Positions 1-9,500 of a stretch of DNA of 64,000 nucleotides are shown here, in pieces. Source of the stretch: Pseudomonadota bacterium (GTDB taxonomy: Bacteria; Pseudomonadota; Gammaproteobacteria; Steroidobacterales; Steroidobacteraceae). The stretch's first letter is position 1, and the number at the start of each line of letters is the position of its first letter. The stretch spans positions 35,968-99,967 of the forward strand of contig JAKCDC010000007.1 in the NCBI GenBank assembly GCA_021838635.1, in the 5' to 3' direction. The notes under the pieces are model-generated. The model was given only the letters and a program-made list of their open reading frames with translations. It was not told the origin of the DNA and ran no database searches. The translations under genes and the position numbers were made by a program.

Positions 1-343
1 GCATCGTTTCGGGCTGCGGACCGATGAACACGATGCCTTCGCGCGCGCAACCGGCAGCGAAGTCCGGATTCTCCGAGAGGAACCCGTAACCCGGATGTAC
101 GGCGTCGACGCGCGCCTCGCGGGCCACGCGCAGGATGTCCTCGATGTCCAGGTACGCCTCTATCGGCCCCTTGCCCTGACCGACCAGGTAGGCCTCGTCG
201 GCCTTGGTACGGTGCAGCGAGAAACGGTCCTCGCGTGAATAGATCGCCACGGTCCGCAGGCCGAGCTCGTTTGCGGCCCGCATCACGCGGATGGCAATTT
301 CGCCCCGATTGGCGATGAGAATGCTGCGAATTCTGTGTGGCAT
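1..343 (-). CDS. pyc: Pyruvate carboxylase, N-terminal biotin-carboxylase part (partial, runs off window)
   Basis: Not in ORF track. Reverse translation from ATG (complement of 341-343) gives [55 protein letters not shown]..., a biotin carboxylase N-domain with the SxEDRxxLHRxKADE pattern typical of Pyc. Confidence 0.7.
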   Translation of the reverse strand, partial: MPHRIRSILIANRGEIAIRVMRAANELGLRTVAIYSREDRFSLHRTKADEAYLVGQGKGPIEAYLDIEDILRVAREARVDAVHPGYGFLSENPDFAAGCAREGIVFIGPQPETM

Positions 344-417
344 GCGCTCGTTCACCGGTAAAATCCAGGCCGATCATAACGGCTGCAGGCGCCGCGCGCG
401 CGGGGTACTCGTTCTAT

Positions 418-1338
418 ATGTATGCGATTGCGATTCATGGGGGCGCTGGCGCACTGCCGGCGCAGGGACTATCGATCGAACGGCAGCGGCTTTATCACGA
501 TGGGCTCGCCGCGGCACTCGATTGCGGCTACGCGGTGCTCGAGCGGGGCGGCTCGAGCCTCGATGCGGTAACGGCGGCGGTGCGCGTTCTCGAGGACGAT
601 CCGCTGTTCAACTCGGCCCGCGGCGCGGCGCTCACCCGCGAGGGCGGCGCGGAACTCGACGCGGCGCTGATGGATGGACACACGCTGCGCGCCGGGGCGG
701 TCGCCACGGTGCGGCACGTGAAGAACCCGATCGAGCTGGCGCGGCGCGTCATGGAAAAATCCCGTCACGTGCTGCTGGTCGGTGCGGGCGCTGAGGAGTT
801 CGCCCTCGAGGAGGGGTTCGAGCTTGTGCCGAACGCCTATTTCCGCACCGCCGAGCGTCACGAGGAACTTGAGCACCTGCGCAGCGGACGCACCGTTTCG
901 GAGTTGATGCCCTCACCGCAGGGCACCGTCGGCGCCGTTGCGCGCGATGCGGCTGGCCATCTCGCGGCAGCCACGTCGACCGGCGGCATGGCCAACAAGC
1001 GGCCCGGTCGGGTCGGCGACTCGCCCATCATCGGCGCGGGTACCTATGCGAAGGACGGCGTATGCGCGGTATCCGCCACGGGACACGGGGAGTATTTCAT
1101 GCGCCTGGTCGCCGCCCACCATATCGCCGCTTCGGTGGAATACCGGGGAGTCGGCCTTACCGCGGCCGTGCGCGAAACCCTGCACGAGCGGTTGCGTGAC
1201 CTCGGCGGTACCGGTGGCATCATCGCGGTAGATGGTGAGGGGCATATCTGCCTCGACTTCACCACCGAGGGAATGTTTCGCGCCGCGCGCGACTCGAAGG
1301 GACTGCGCGTCGTGGCCAGTGGCGCGGCCACGCGCTGA
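418..1338 (+). CDS. iaaA: Isoaspartyl peptidase / L-asparaginase (Ntn hydrolase, asparaginase-2 family)
   Basis: ORF 337-1338. Start moved to ATG 418 (MYAIAIHGGAG...). Autoproteolysis site GTVGAVA and the ATGHGE motif are present. Confidence 0.85.
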   Translation: MYAIAIHGGAGALPAQGLSIERQRLYHDGLAAALDCGYAVLERGGSSLDAVTAAVRVLEDDPLFNSARGAALTREGGAELDAALMDGHTLRAGAVATVRHVKNPIELARRVMEKSRHVLLVGAGAEEFALEEGFELVPNAYFRTAERHEELEHLRSGRTVSELMPSPQGTVGAVARDAAGHLAAATSTGGMANKRPGRVGDSPIIGAGTYAKDGVCAVSATGHGEYFMRLVAAHHIAASVEYRGVGLTAAVRETLHERLRDLGGTGGIIAVDGEGHICLDFTTEGMFRAARDSKGLRVVASGAATR

Positions 1339-1363
1339 CCCGGCGGCCGCTCGCCCCTCAATG

Positions 1364-1395
1364 CCCCCTGGCGGCCCCGCAGGGCCGCCAGGGGG
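1364..1395. terminator. GC-rich hairpin between convergent genes (possible bidirectional terminator, no U-tract)
   Basis: ccccctggcggccc-cgca-gggccgccaggggg, a 14-bp perfect stem located between the iaaA stop and the stop of the 1409-2077 gene. Confidence 0.35.
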
Positions 1396-1408
1396 GCTCC
1401 TCGTGCTC

Positions 1409-2077
1409 TTAGAGCGCGTCGTGCCCGCTGTGGCGGATGGCGGCCGCGGTTTCCGCAGCCAACAGCCGCATTCCCTGCACGCGCGCGCGCTGGTGCGCCG
1501 CGCCGCCCTCGGCGGCGCCCTGCAGCAGTTCGCCCCAGAGTTCCGGGGTGTTCAGCCAGCGCGGGCGTAGCCACGTCCACAGGCGCCGGCCCAGCTGATG
1601 AGCGCCGAGCACGCTGCGTGCTGCGATCCACTCGGCGCACAGCGGGTGCATGCCGAGCACCAGCCGCGCCTGGACGGCGTGGCGGCGAGCGAGTGACCAG
1701 GCATAGACGAACACCAGTTCCGTCGCCGAAACCGCCTGCGCCACGGTGAACACGCGCTCATAGGCTGATTCCGGCAGCGGATCATTGACCTGGCGCGCAA
1801 GGTCAAGGTTCTGCCAGCGATGTGGATCGGCGAAACCCACATCGAATAGCAGGTAAGGGTACGCGGCTGCGCGCCGCCGGGCCGATGCATCGAGCGCAAG
1901 CCACCCCTCGGCGAGCTGCTGCGCGGCGCGGTGCGGGCTGCCCGTCCGCGCTTGCTCGGCGAGCACCTGGAAGCAGAATTCGTTCAGTTCGGGCAGTGCC
2001 TCGATCACTTCCCGTGGCGGTCCCGCAACCCATGGACCGTGTCCGTCGCGAGCATCCCATTCGTGGTCAGACATCAC
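1409..2077 (-). CDS. Hypothetical protein, 222 aa; by eye two tandem FlhD-like helical repeats
   Basis: Only long ORF in this interval with sensible composition, divergent from the FlhC-like gene. Segments LNEFCFQVLAEQ...YPYLLFDVGF and LVFVYAWSLARR...ARLVLGMHPLCAEWIAA...WTWLRPRW resemble the FlhD pattern LSYLLLAQRL...AMFRLGINEEMATTLAA...LVCHFRF. The resemblance is weak and unverified. Confidence 0.55.
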   Translation of the reverse strand: MMSDHEWDARDGHGPWVAGPPREVIEALPELNEFCFQVLAEQARTGSPHRAAQQLAEGWLALDASARRRAAAYPYLLFDVGFADPHRWQNLDLARQVNDPLPESAYERVFTVAQAVSATELVFVYAWSLARRHAVQARLVLGMHPLCAEWIAARSVLGAHQLGRRLWTWLRPRWLNTPELWGELLQGAAEGGAAHQRARVQGMRLLAAETAAAIRHSGHDAL

Positions 2078-2261
2078 GCATCCTCCGTGTGACCTTCGTA
2101 TGACCCTCGTCCCCGCACCGATGGTAGCGCCGCCGTGGCCGGCTGCACCCCCGCATTTGCATTAATTTTCGCAGATTCGCGCCATTGCGCCCGGCGCTCA
2201 AAGGCCGACAATGGCGTTCTGGGGGGAATGCGCGGCACGGTTCGACCGAGAAGGAAGCGCC

Positions 2262-2828
2262 ATGCGTATCGTTGAGGATCGCTACGAGGGGGAGCTTGAG
2301 AACTTCCACCTGGCGCTGCGTTTCGTGCGCTACGAGGCACGTACCCGCACCATCCGCACCTTCACCGGACTCACCGACCACCGCATCCGCAAGCTCTGGC
2401 AGCGGTATTGCGGCGGCGCGCGCGAATTGCCGCGCCATCGCGGTAAGTCACCGCAGCAGGTCGGATTTTTCACCCGCTCGGCGCGGGTGCGCCTGGAGGC
2501 CTCGCTGCTCGCCGCTGCGTACTGCGCCTGTGGCTTGGCTCGCGAGGAGCCCGCCGTACGACGGGCCCGACCCGCAGCCGCGGGGCTGCGGGTCGGAACG
2601 CTGCTCTGCGACATCTACGATTACTACTGCGCCCTGGTGCCGGTGCCGGCGATCTCCTTCGAGCACGCCGTATTCCTGGCCGAGTGTCTACGCGGGGGTG
2701 AGCAGCTGACGGTGCGCCGCTGCGCGAAGTGTCACGGCATGATGGTCCTGGAGCGCTTTCCGATTCGCCGCCGCTGGTGCGATCATTGTCTTCCCCCCAA
2801 AGGAGCCCGTACCCCGCGCGGAGCCTGA
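2262..2828 (+). CDS. FlhC-family transcriptional regulator (orphan, non-flagellar context)
   Basis: ORF 2211-2828. Start set at ATG 2262 behind an aaggaag RBS. N-terminal LALRFVRYEARTRTIRTFTGLTDHRIRKLWQRY resembles FlhC [33 protein letters not shown]. C-terminal Zn ribbon CAKC-x17-CDHCLPP resembles FlhC CNCC-x16-CSLCQPP. Confidence 0.7.
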   Translation: MRIVEDRYEGELENFHLALRFVRYEARTRTIRTFTGLTDHRIRKLWQRYCGGARELPRHRGKSPQQVGFFTRSARVRLEASLLAAAYCACGLAREEPAVRRARPAAAGLRVGTLLCDIYDYYCALVPVPAISFEHAVFLAECLRGGEQLTVRRCAKCHGMMVLERFPIRRRWCDHCLPPKGARTPRGA

Positions 2829-3745
2829 TGCGTCGCGCCTTAGCCATGAATTCCGTTGGCCCGAATTTCTTTGCCGGTACCTACATCGACCGCCGCACCG
2901 AGGTGCGCGAGGAGACCGACTGGCTGGAGCGCGCACTGGCCGATCCGCACTGCCAGTTCCTGCTCGCGCGTGGCACGCGTCAGCTGGTGCACGCTGCGCC
3001 ACAGCCGCATGTCGCCTTCGTCTCGAGCCGCCACCCGGCGGTCGCGGCGGCTGAAGCGGAGCGCTTCGTGTTGCTCGGCTGGTTTCGTGAACGTCGCTGC
3101 GTGCTGCTGTCGCTCGCGCCTGAATGGCCGGACGCTGAGTTGCCCGAGGGCAGCGCGTTCGAGGAGCTGCGCCCGCTCTCCCCGCAGCTCGATGCCGAGG
3201 AGGCGGGCCTGCTTGCCTATGCCCGCGCGCTCGCGCTCTGGCGGACCCGCCGGCGTTATTGCGGCGTATGCGGCGGACCGACGGTGCCGGCCCGTGCCGG
3301 CCACAGCCTGGTCTGTGCCGATCCGGCGTGCGCCGAGGAATACTTTCCGCGCATCGATCCGGCGATCATCGTGCTCGTGACCGACGCAGAGCAGGCGCTG
3401 CTCGGGCGCCAATCGAGTTGGCCGATCGGTCGCTACTCCACTATTGCCGGCTTCGTCGAGCCGGGTGAGAGCCTCGAGGACGCCGTGCGGCGCGAGGTGA
3501 TGGAGGAGACCGGCATTCACGTGCTCGGCTGTCGGTACGACTCCTCGCAGCCCTGGCCGTTCCCCGCATCGCTGATGCTGGGCTTCCAGGCTGTCGGTGC
3601 CCCGGGCGCAGTCCACGTGGGGCGGGAACTCGAGGATGCGCGCTGGTTCTCCCGCGCCGAGGTGCGCAGCGGCGCAATCACATTGCCGCCGCTGCACTCC
3701 ATATCCCGACGGTTGATCGAGGCCTGGCTCGGAGCGCAGCCCTAG
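2828..3745 (+). CDS. nudC: NADH pyrophosphatase (NUDIX hydrolase NudC)
   Basis: Zn ribbon CGVCGG...C..PAC followed by FPRIDP, and Nudix box GFVEPGESLEDAVRREVMEETG. ATG 2828 overlaps the upstream TGA (TGATG). An alternative ATG is at 2846. Confidence 0.85.
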   Translation: MRRALAMNSVGPNFFAGTYIDRRTEVREETDWLERALADPHCQFLLARGTRQLVHAAPQPHVAFVSSRHPAVAAAEAERFVLLGWFRERRCVLLSLAPEWPDAELPEGSAFEELRPLSPQLDAEEAGLLAYARALALWRTRRRYCGVCGGPTVPARAGHSLVCADPACAEEYFPRIDPAIIVLVTDAEQALLGRQSSWPIGRYSTIAGFVEPGESLEDAVRREVMEETGIHVLGCRYDSSQPWPFPASLMLGFQAVGAPGAVHVGRELEDARWFSRAEVRSGAITLPPLHSISRRLIEAWLGAQP

Positions 3746-4515
3746 TGTGCCTGCTGGTCCTGGCGTGGGACGTCCATCCGCAGTATCGCTTGATCGTCGT
3801 GGCCAACCGCGACGAATATCATGACCGCCCTGCTGCAGCGCTCGCGCCCTGGGCCGATGCGAGCGACGTGCTCGCGGGCCGGGATCTGCGCGCCGGCGGC
3901 ACTTGGCTCGGCATCGATCGGCGCCGCCGCTTCGGGGTGCTCACCAACTATCGGGAGCAGCCGGGTGCAGCGCCCGGTGCGCCCTCGCGCGGGGCACTGA
4001 TTCCGGGCTACCTGCTTCAGGCGCGCAGCCCCGCGGACTACCTGCGCGCGCTTGAGCCGCAGGCCGACCGCTATGGCGGCTTCAACCTGCTGCTCGCCGA
4101 CGGCGAGTCCCTCTGGTACGCCTCGAACCGCACCGCACCGTTCGAGCGGCGCTTGGCACCGGGGATCTACGGACTCTCGAATCACCGCCTCGATACACCC
4201 TGGCCCAAACTCACCCGGGTGCGGCGCGCCTTCGAGCAGTGGCTGGTCGAAGCGACGCCGGCCGATGCGCCGGCCGGACTCCTGGCACTGCTCGATGACC
4301 GCCGCCCCGCCGGTCTGTGCGAGTACCCGAGCGGCTCGCGGGAACGGGCGCTGGCGGCGCCGTTCGTCGAGCACCCGCAGTTCGGGACGCGCTGCTCCAC
4401 GGTGCTGCTGCTCGAGGCGGACGGAGCGCTGTGGATGCGTGAGCGCGGCTTCGATCGGCACGGCCGGCCCGCCGCGCAGCGTGACTATCGCCTGGGTGCG
4501 CAAGAGTGGTGCTGA
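3745..4515 (+). CDS. NRDE-family protein (DUF833 / TANGO2-like)
   Basis: MCLLVLAW...VVANRDEYHDRP...GTWLG, with N-terminal Cys2 and the NRDE motif. The GTG start overlaps the nudC TAG stop (TAGTG). Confidence 0.8.
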   Translation: MCLLVLAWDVHPQYRLIVVANRDEYHDRPAAALAPWADASDVLAGRDLRAGGTWLGIDRRRRFGVLTNYREQPGAAPGAPSRGALIPGYLLQARSPADYLRALEPQADRYGGFNLLLADGESLWYASNRTAPFERRLAPGIYGLSNHRLDTPWPKLTRVRRAFEQWLVEATPADAPAGLLALLDDRRPAGLCEYPSGSRERALAAPFVEHPQFGTRCSTVLLLEADGALWMRERGFDRHGRPAAQRDYRLGAQEWC

Positions 4516-4596
4516 GCGGAGCCGTGACCGTGAAACGCAGTCAGCTCAGATTACAATGACGCGTTTATGGCGTGCTGGTCGGAGTCTCAACGCTAG

Positions 4597-6543
4597 ATGG
4601 CGAGTCGCAATCGGTTCCGCGGGGCGCGGTGGGCGCGAATCCCGCTTGCGCTGCTGTTGCCGCTTGCCGTCGTCGCGCATGCCGGGGTCGCACTGACGCT
4701 CCACGGCGTACAGGGCAAGCTGCGCGCCAACGTGCTCGCGTACCTCAGCTTCGAGCGCTACAAGGACAGCAAGCACCTCGACGGCGAGATCATCGTGCGG
4801 CTCGAGAACCGGGTGCAGAGCGAGGTGGACTCGGCGCTCGAGCCGTATGGGTACTTCCAGCCCGCCGTCCATATGACCGTCCGGCGCACCCGCCCGGATC
4901 ACTGGCGTGTGGCCCTGCAGATCGATCCCGGCCCGCCGGTGCTGCTGCAGGTGGTGGACGTGAAAGTGACCGGAGCGGGCGCGACCGATCCGCGCTTCAC
5001 TCGCATCACCGAGCACGTGCCGCTGCAGCACGGGCAGCGCTTGGACGAGGCGGCCTACGAGCGTCTCAAGGGCGAGCTGCTGCAAACGGCCGCGACCTAC
5101 GGGTACCTCGATGCGCGCCTCACCCGCCACCAGATCCAAGTCGATCCCGGTACGCACAGTGCCAGTGTCTTTCTCACGCTCGCCACGGGGGTGCGCTATC
5201 GATTCGGTCCGACGCAGATCGAGCAGCACGCGCTCACCGACGCGCTGGTCCGGCGCTACCTGCGCTATCGGCACGGGCAACCGTTCGACCTGACGCAGTT
5301 GCTGCGCACCCAATTCGTACTCGATGACACCGGCTACTTCTCCGATCTGGAGGTGGTGCCCGGCACGCCCGACAAAGCCCGGCACATCGTGCCGGTGCAT
5401 ATCCGCGCCAATTCTAGCCGGCGCAACGTCTATTCCTTCGCCGCCGGCTACGCCACCGACACCGGCGCCCGCGGCATCGTCAGCTGGCAGGATCGGCGAG
5501 TGAATCGCGAGGGCGACCGCATGAGCGTCGATCTGGAGGCGGCGCAGCTGACCAAGTACAGCCTGCAGAGCCGCTACATCATCCCGATCGGCGACCCTGC
5601 CACCGAGAATCTGACTTTCATCGCAAGTGTTGAGCAGCGTCAGCTTGCGGCGGTGGATTCGCGCACCATAACGTTCGGGGCGCACCTCACGCGGGTCACG
5701 GGCCGCTGGCAGACCGTGTGGTTCCTCGATGCCATACACGCCACCGGATCGGTCACCGGCGCGATCTGCCCCGGGGGTCTGCTTAATACGGCGGGGACTC
5801 AGTGCGAGTTCCCTGGGGCGAGCGTAGCGGCGCCGAGCGCCGTTGCCAGCGTGGTGGGTAACATGCTCGTGCCGGGCGTCGAAATCACCTCGGTGCCGAG
5901 CGGTTATTTCGGCGAACCGATCTTCGAGCATGGAGTGTCGATCGAGCTGCGCGGCTCGCATGGCGCGCTCGGCTCGCGGGCGGATTTTCTGCAGCTGCGC
6001 GTGCAGCTCGAGCGGGTATTTAACTTCGCTCCGGGCTGGCATTTGCTGTTGCGCGATGAGTTCGGCGCGACAGCGGCGTCGCATTTCGACAATGTGCCGC
6101 CGGTGCTGCGCTTCTTCGCCGGCGGCGAGGGCAGCGTACGCGGTTTTGAGTACAACTCGCTCTCCCCGACCCAGATCTTCTACGCGACGGGCGCCTACCA
6201 GCTGAACAACGTCACCTACACCTGCTACAGCGGTGCGGCCGCTCCGCAGAATGTGCCGAACCCACGGCTGTGTCCGCTGCAGCCTGTGCAGGCGGGCGGT
6301 AAGGACCTGATCAGCGGCTCAGTGGAGATCGACCGCGATCTGCCGCACAACTTCGGCGTCGCGGCGTTCTTCGACTATGGCAACGTGTTCAACAGCTTCC
6401 ATATTCCGCACCTGCTGCAGTACGGTGCTGGCGTCGGTTTTCGCGTGCGCCTGCCGGTGATGACGCTCGGCATCGACGTCGGTGAGCCGCTGTCCGCTCC
6501 GGGCAGCCCACGTCTGTACATCAACTTCTCGCCACGGCTATGA
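4597..6543 (+). CDS. tamA: Translocation and assembly module outer-membrane subunit TamA (Omp85 family)
   Basis: Signal peptide, POTRA-like repeats, and a C-terminal surface-antigen barrel (RFFAGGEGSVRGFEYNSL...) ending in an aromatic-rich strand. Followed directly by tamB. Confidence 0.85.
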   Translation: MASRNRFRGARWARIPLALLLPLAVVAHAGVALTLHGVQGKLRANVLAYLSFERYKDSKHLDGEIIVRLENRVQSEVDSALEPYGYFQPAVHMTVRRTRPDHWRVALQIDPGPPVLLQVVDVKVTGAGATDPRFTRITEHVPLQHGQRLDEAAYERLKGELLQTAATYGYLDARLTRHQIQVDPGTHSASVFLTLATGVRYRFGPTQIEQHALTDALVRRYLRYRHGQPFDLTQLLRTQFVLDDTGYFSDLEVVPGTPDKARHIVPVHIRANSSRRNVYSFAAGYATDTGARGIVSWQDRRVNREGDRMSVDLEAAQLTKYSLQSRYIIPIGDPATENLTFIASVEQRQLAAVDSRTITFGAHLTRVTGRWQTVWFLDAIHATGSVTGAICPGGLLNTAGTQCEFPGASVAAPSAVASVVGNMLVPGVEITSVPSGYFGEPIFEHGVSIELRGSHGALGSRADFLQLRVQLERVFNFAPGWHLLLRDEFGATAASHFDNVPPVLRFFAGGEGSVRGFEYNSLSPTQIFYATGAYQLNNVTYTCYSGAAAPQNVPNPRLCPLQPVQAGGKDLISGSVEIDRDLPHNFGVAAFFDYGNVFNSFHIPHLLQYGAGVGFRVRLPVMTLGIDVGEPLSAPGSPRLYINFSPRL

Positions 6544-6556
6544 GGGACGTTGAACG

Positions 6557-9500
6557 ATGCGTCGAGTTCTGACCTGGGTCGGAGCGCTGATCGGGCTGGC
6601 CGCGTTGCTGCTCGCCGCGACAGCCTACGCCGTGTTCTACACCCAGGGTGGTCTGCGTTTCGTGGTGGCGCACCTGCCGTCGCGCTTTGGCACCGCAGAG
6701 GTGCGTATCGAGCAGGTAAGTGGCACGCTCGCGACGGGCGTGCACGCCGAGCGGGTGCTCATCAATCAACGGCACGTCTATCTGCGGTTCGATGATGTGT
6801 ATACGCGGGTGCATCTCTCGGCGCTTTCCTGGCGCACCCTGGTCAGCCCGCAGACACGCATCGGCGCGGCGTACATCCGGGTCAAAGCGGTACGGCCGCT
6901 GCCGGTCGTGCACCCTAAGTTTCTGCCCTGGGGCCTGAAAATCCGCGTGACGCACGCGCAGGTCGGCGCCGTGCAGCTGATCTTGGAGAACGGCCGACAC
7001 CTCGAAGGCACGGGGTTGCGTGGTGCGGTGCAGATCGGCTATCGGGATCTGCACGTGACGGGATTCGCGCTGCGCATGGGGCAGGCCAGGTACCGGCTCG
7101 CCGCGGCGCTGCGGGCGGCCCGGCCGTTGCAGCTCACCGTGGGCGGCACGTTTACGTGGCGCCCGCCGCGCCAGCCGCCTTGGCAAGGTCGCCTGGCGTT
7201 GCACGGGAACATTGCGGTCATGACGATCCAGGCGCACCTCAGCGCGCCATTTTCCGCGGCGCTGCACGGGACGCTGCGCGAGCAGCACGGTCGCTGGAGC
7301 ACGCAGAGCGAACTCGGTATCCGTGGACTCGACCTGCGCGCCTGGCACCGGACCGGACGCTTCGGGCGCATCCGCGCGCAGCTCGCGCTCACCGGCGGTG
7401 TGCACGGCTTTCGCCTCGGCGGGACTGTCAATCCGCGGGGGCTGCGTGCCGGCACCTTTCACGTGCAGCTCGATGGCCGCTACCGCGCCGGTGTGCTCAG
7501 CGCCCGCCGCTTCGTGCTGGCCCATCCGGCCAGCGGCACGGTGCTCAGCGGCGCCGGTCACGTGCACTTCGGGGACGGGCGGCCGGATCTGCAGCTGCAG
7601 GGTACCTGGCAACGGCTGCGCTGGCCGCTGAACACCGCAGCGCGCGTGCATAGCCCGCGGGGCACCTTTACCCTCACGGGTCGCCTGCCCTACGCGCTCG
7701 CCGCACGCGGCCTCGCGCAGGTGGGTACCGCGGCGCCGGTGCCAGTGACGCTCGGGGCGTCCCTGACCACGAGTGGGCTGGCCATCGAACATGCCACGCT
7801 GCACATGCTCGGCGGACGAATCGAGGCGCGCGGCATGTTCGGCTGGGTGCCCCTGAAACGCTGGAGCCTGCACCTCATCGGCATCGGCATCGATCCGGCT
7901 CAGCTGCGCTCAGCGCTGCGCGGTCGGCTCAGCTTTGCGCTCAGCGCCACTGGCGAAGGCTTCGGTGCCGCTGCGCCGCTGCACGTGCGGCTTGAGCGGT
8001 TGAGTGGACAGGTGCGCGGTCAGCCCGCGAGCGGCAGCGGCGCCGTGAGTCGCGATCACGGCGTGTGGACCTTCCAGCGGTTGCGCCTGGATCTGGGCCG
8101 CACACACCTTGCCGCGGCCGGTCGACTGGCGCGGCACATGCATCTGCGCTTTGCACTGCGGGGGGATCTGCGTCTGATCTCGAGGGGCGATCGCGGCACC
8201 CTCACGGCGCGTGGATCGATCGACGGGTCACGCCGTGCGCCACGCGTGAACGCGTGGCTCGAGGGTTCAGATCTGCACATCGGCGCCAACTCGCTGGCCG
8301 CTCTGCGGGCGCGCATCGACTTCGATCCGCGCCCGCAGCACCGCTCGCAGATCCGTGTGCAGTTGCGCGAGCTGCGCTCACGGTATCACCTGTTGCGCAG
8401 TCTCCAGTTCGATCTGCACGGACCGGCTGCGGCCCTGCGAGCGACGCTCGAGGTCAATGCCCCAGGACTGCACGCTGCGGCGCTGGCCTCGGGCAGTTTC
8501 GCGCAGGGTGTTTTCGCCGGTGAGGTCACCTCATTCAACGTCAACGGGCCGCAGTCGCTGCACCTGCAGCTGCGTGCCCCGGCGCAGCTGACGCTCTCAC
8601 GGGTGCGCCGCGCGCTCGGGGCGCTATGTCTGGATGGCACGCCGGGTGCTCTGTGCACCGGCGCGACTTGGACCCCGGGGGGGTGGTCGGCATACGTGAG
8701 TGCCAGCAAGCTGCCGCTGGCGACACTCACGGCCGGCATGACGCCTGCGGTCGAATATCAAGGCACGCTCGGCGCATCGCTCGAACTCACCGGCAGCGCC
8801 GGGTCGCCCGTACAGGGCACGCTGCGTATGACGCTGTCGAACGGAGTGCTCTCGCGCAGACTCGTCAGCGGTACGGTCGAACACACGAGCATCGGCTCCG
8901 GGCTGCTCACGGCGATTGCCGGACCGCGGACGATCCATGCGCGGGCTTCTCTGACCGCCGGCGCCATCGGCACCTTCCAGGCCGTGCTCAATATCCGCCG
9001 CGGTGCGGCCGATTGGCGCGCGCTGCCGCTCACCGGCAGCCTGCAGGCGCGCACCGCCCGTTTGAATCTGGTCTCGCTGTACCTGCCGGGCGTCGACGCC
9101 GTCTCCGGGGTGCTGCTCGCACACGCCACGGTCGGCGGGACGATCGCGGATCCTCGCCTGCACGGCGCGGTGAAGATCGTCGATGCATCGGCCGACCTGT
9201 ATCGCACCAATCTGCAAATGCACCGTCTGTCCCTCACCGCGCAACTGGTGCAGAGCGGTCTGACCTTCGTCGGTTCGGCGCAGGTCGGCAAGGGCACGCT
9301 GCAGGCCACCGGCACGATGGGCTGGCGCGGGGCAGCTGCCCGCGGCGAGGTGCACCTGCGCGGCACCGATTTGCGCGTGGTGGACCTGCCCGAGGCGCGC
9401 ATCGACGCCTCCCCGCAGCTTGATTTCCGCCTGATCGGCCACCGCATCGACGCCACCGGCAAGGTGCTCATCACACACGCACGCATCGCGCCGCGCAATT

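Noticed and set aside
291-1640. Multiple overlapping ORFs (291-794 +, 469-876 -, 1044-1640 - and others) around iaaA.
   Set aside because: Only the 418-1338 frame shows asparaginase-2 motifs. The others are Arg/Ala/Gly-rich shadow frames.
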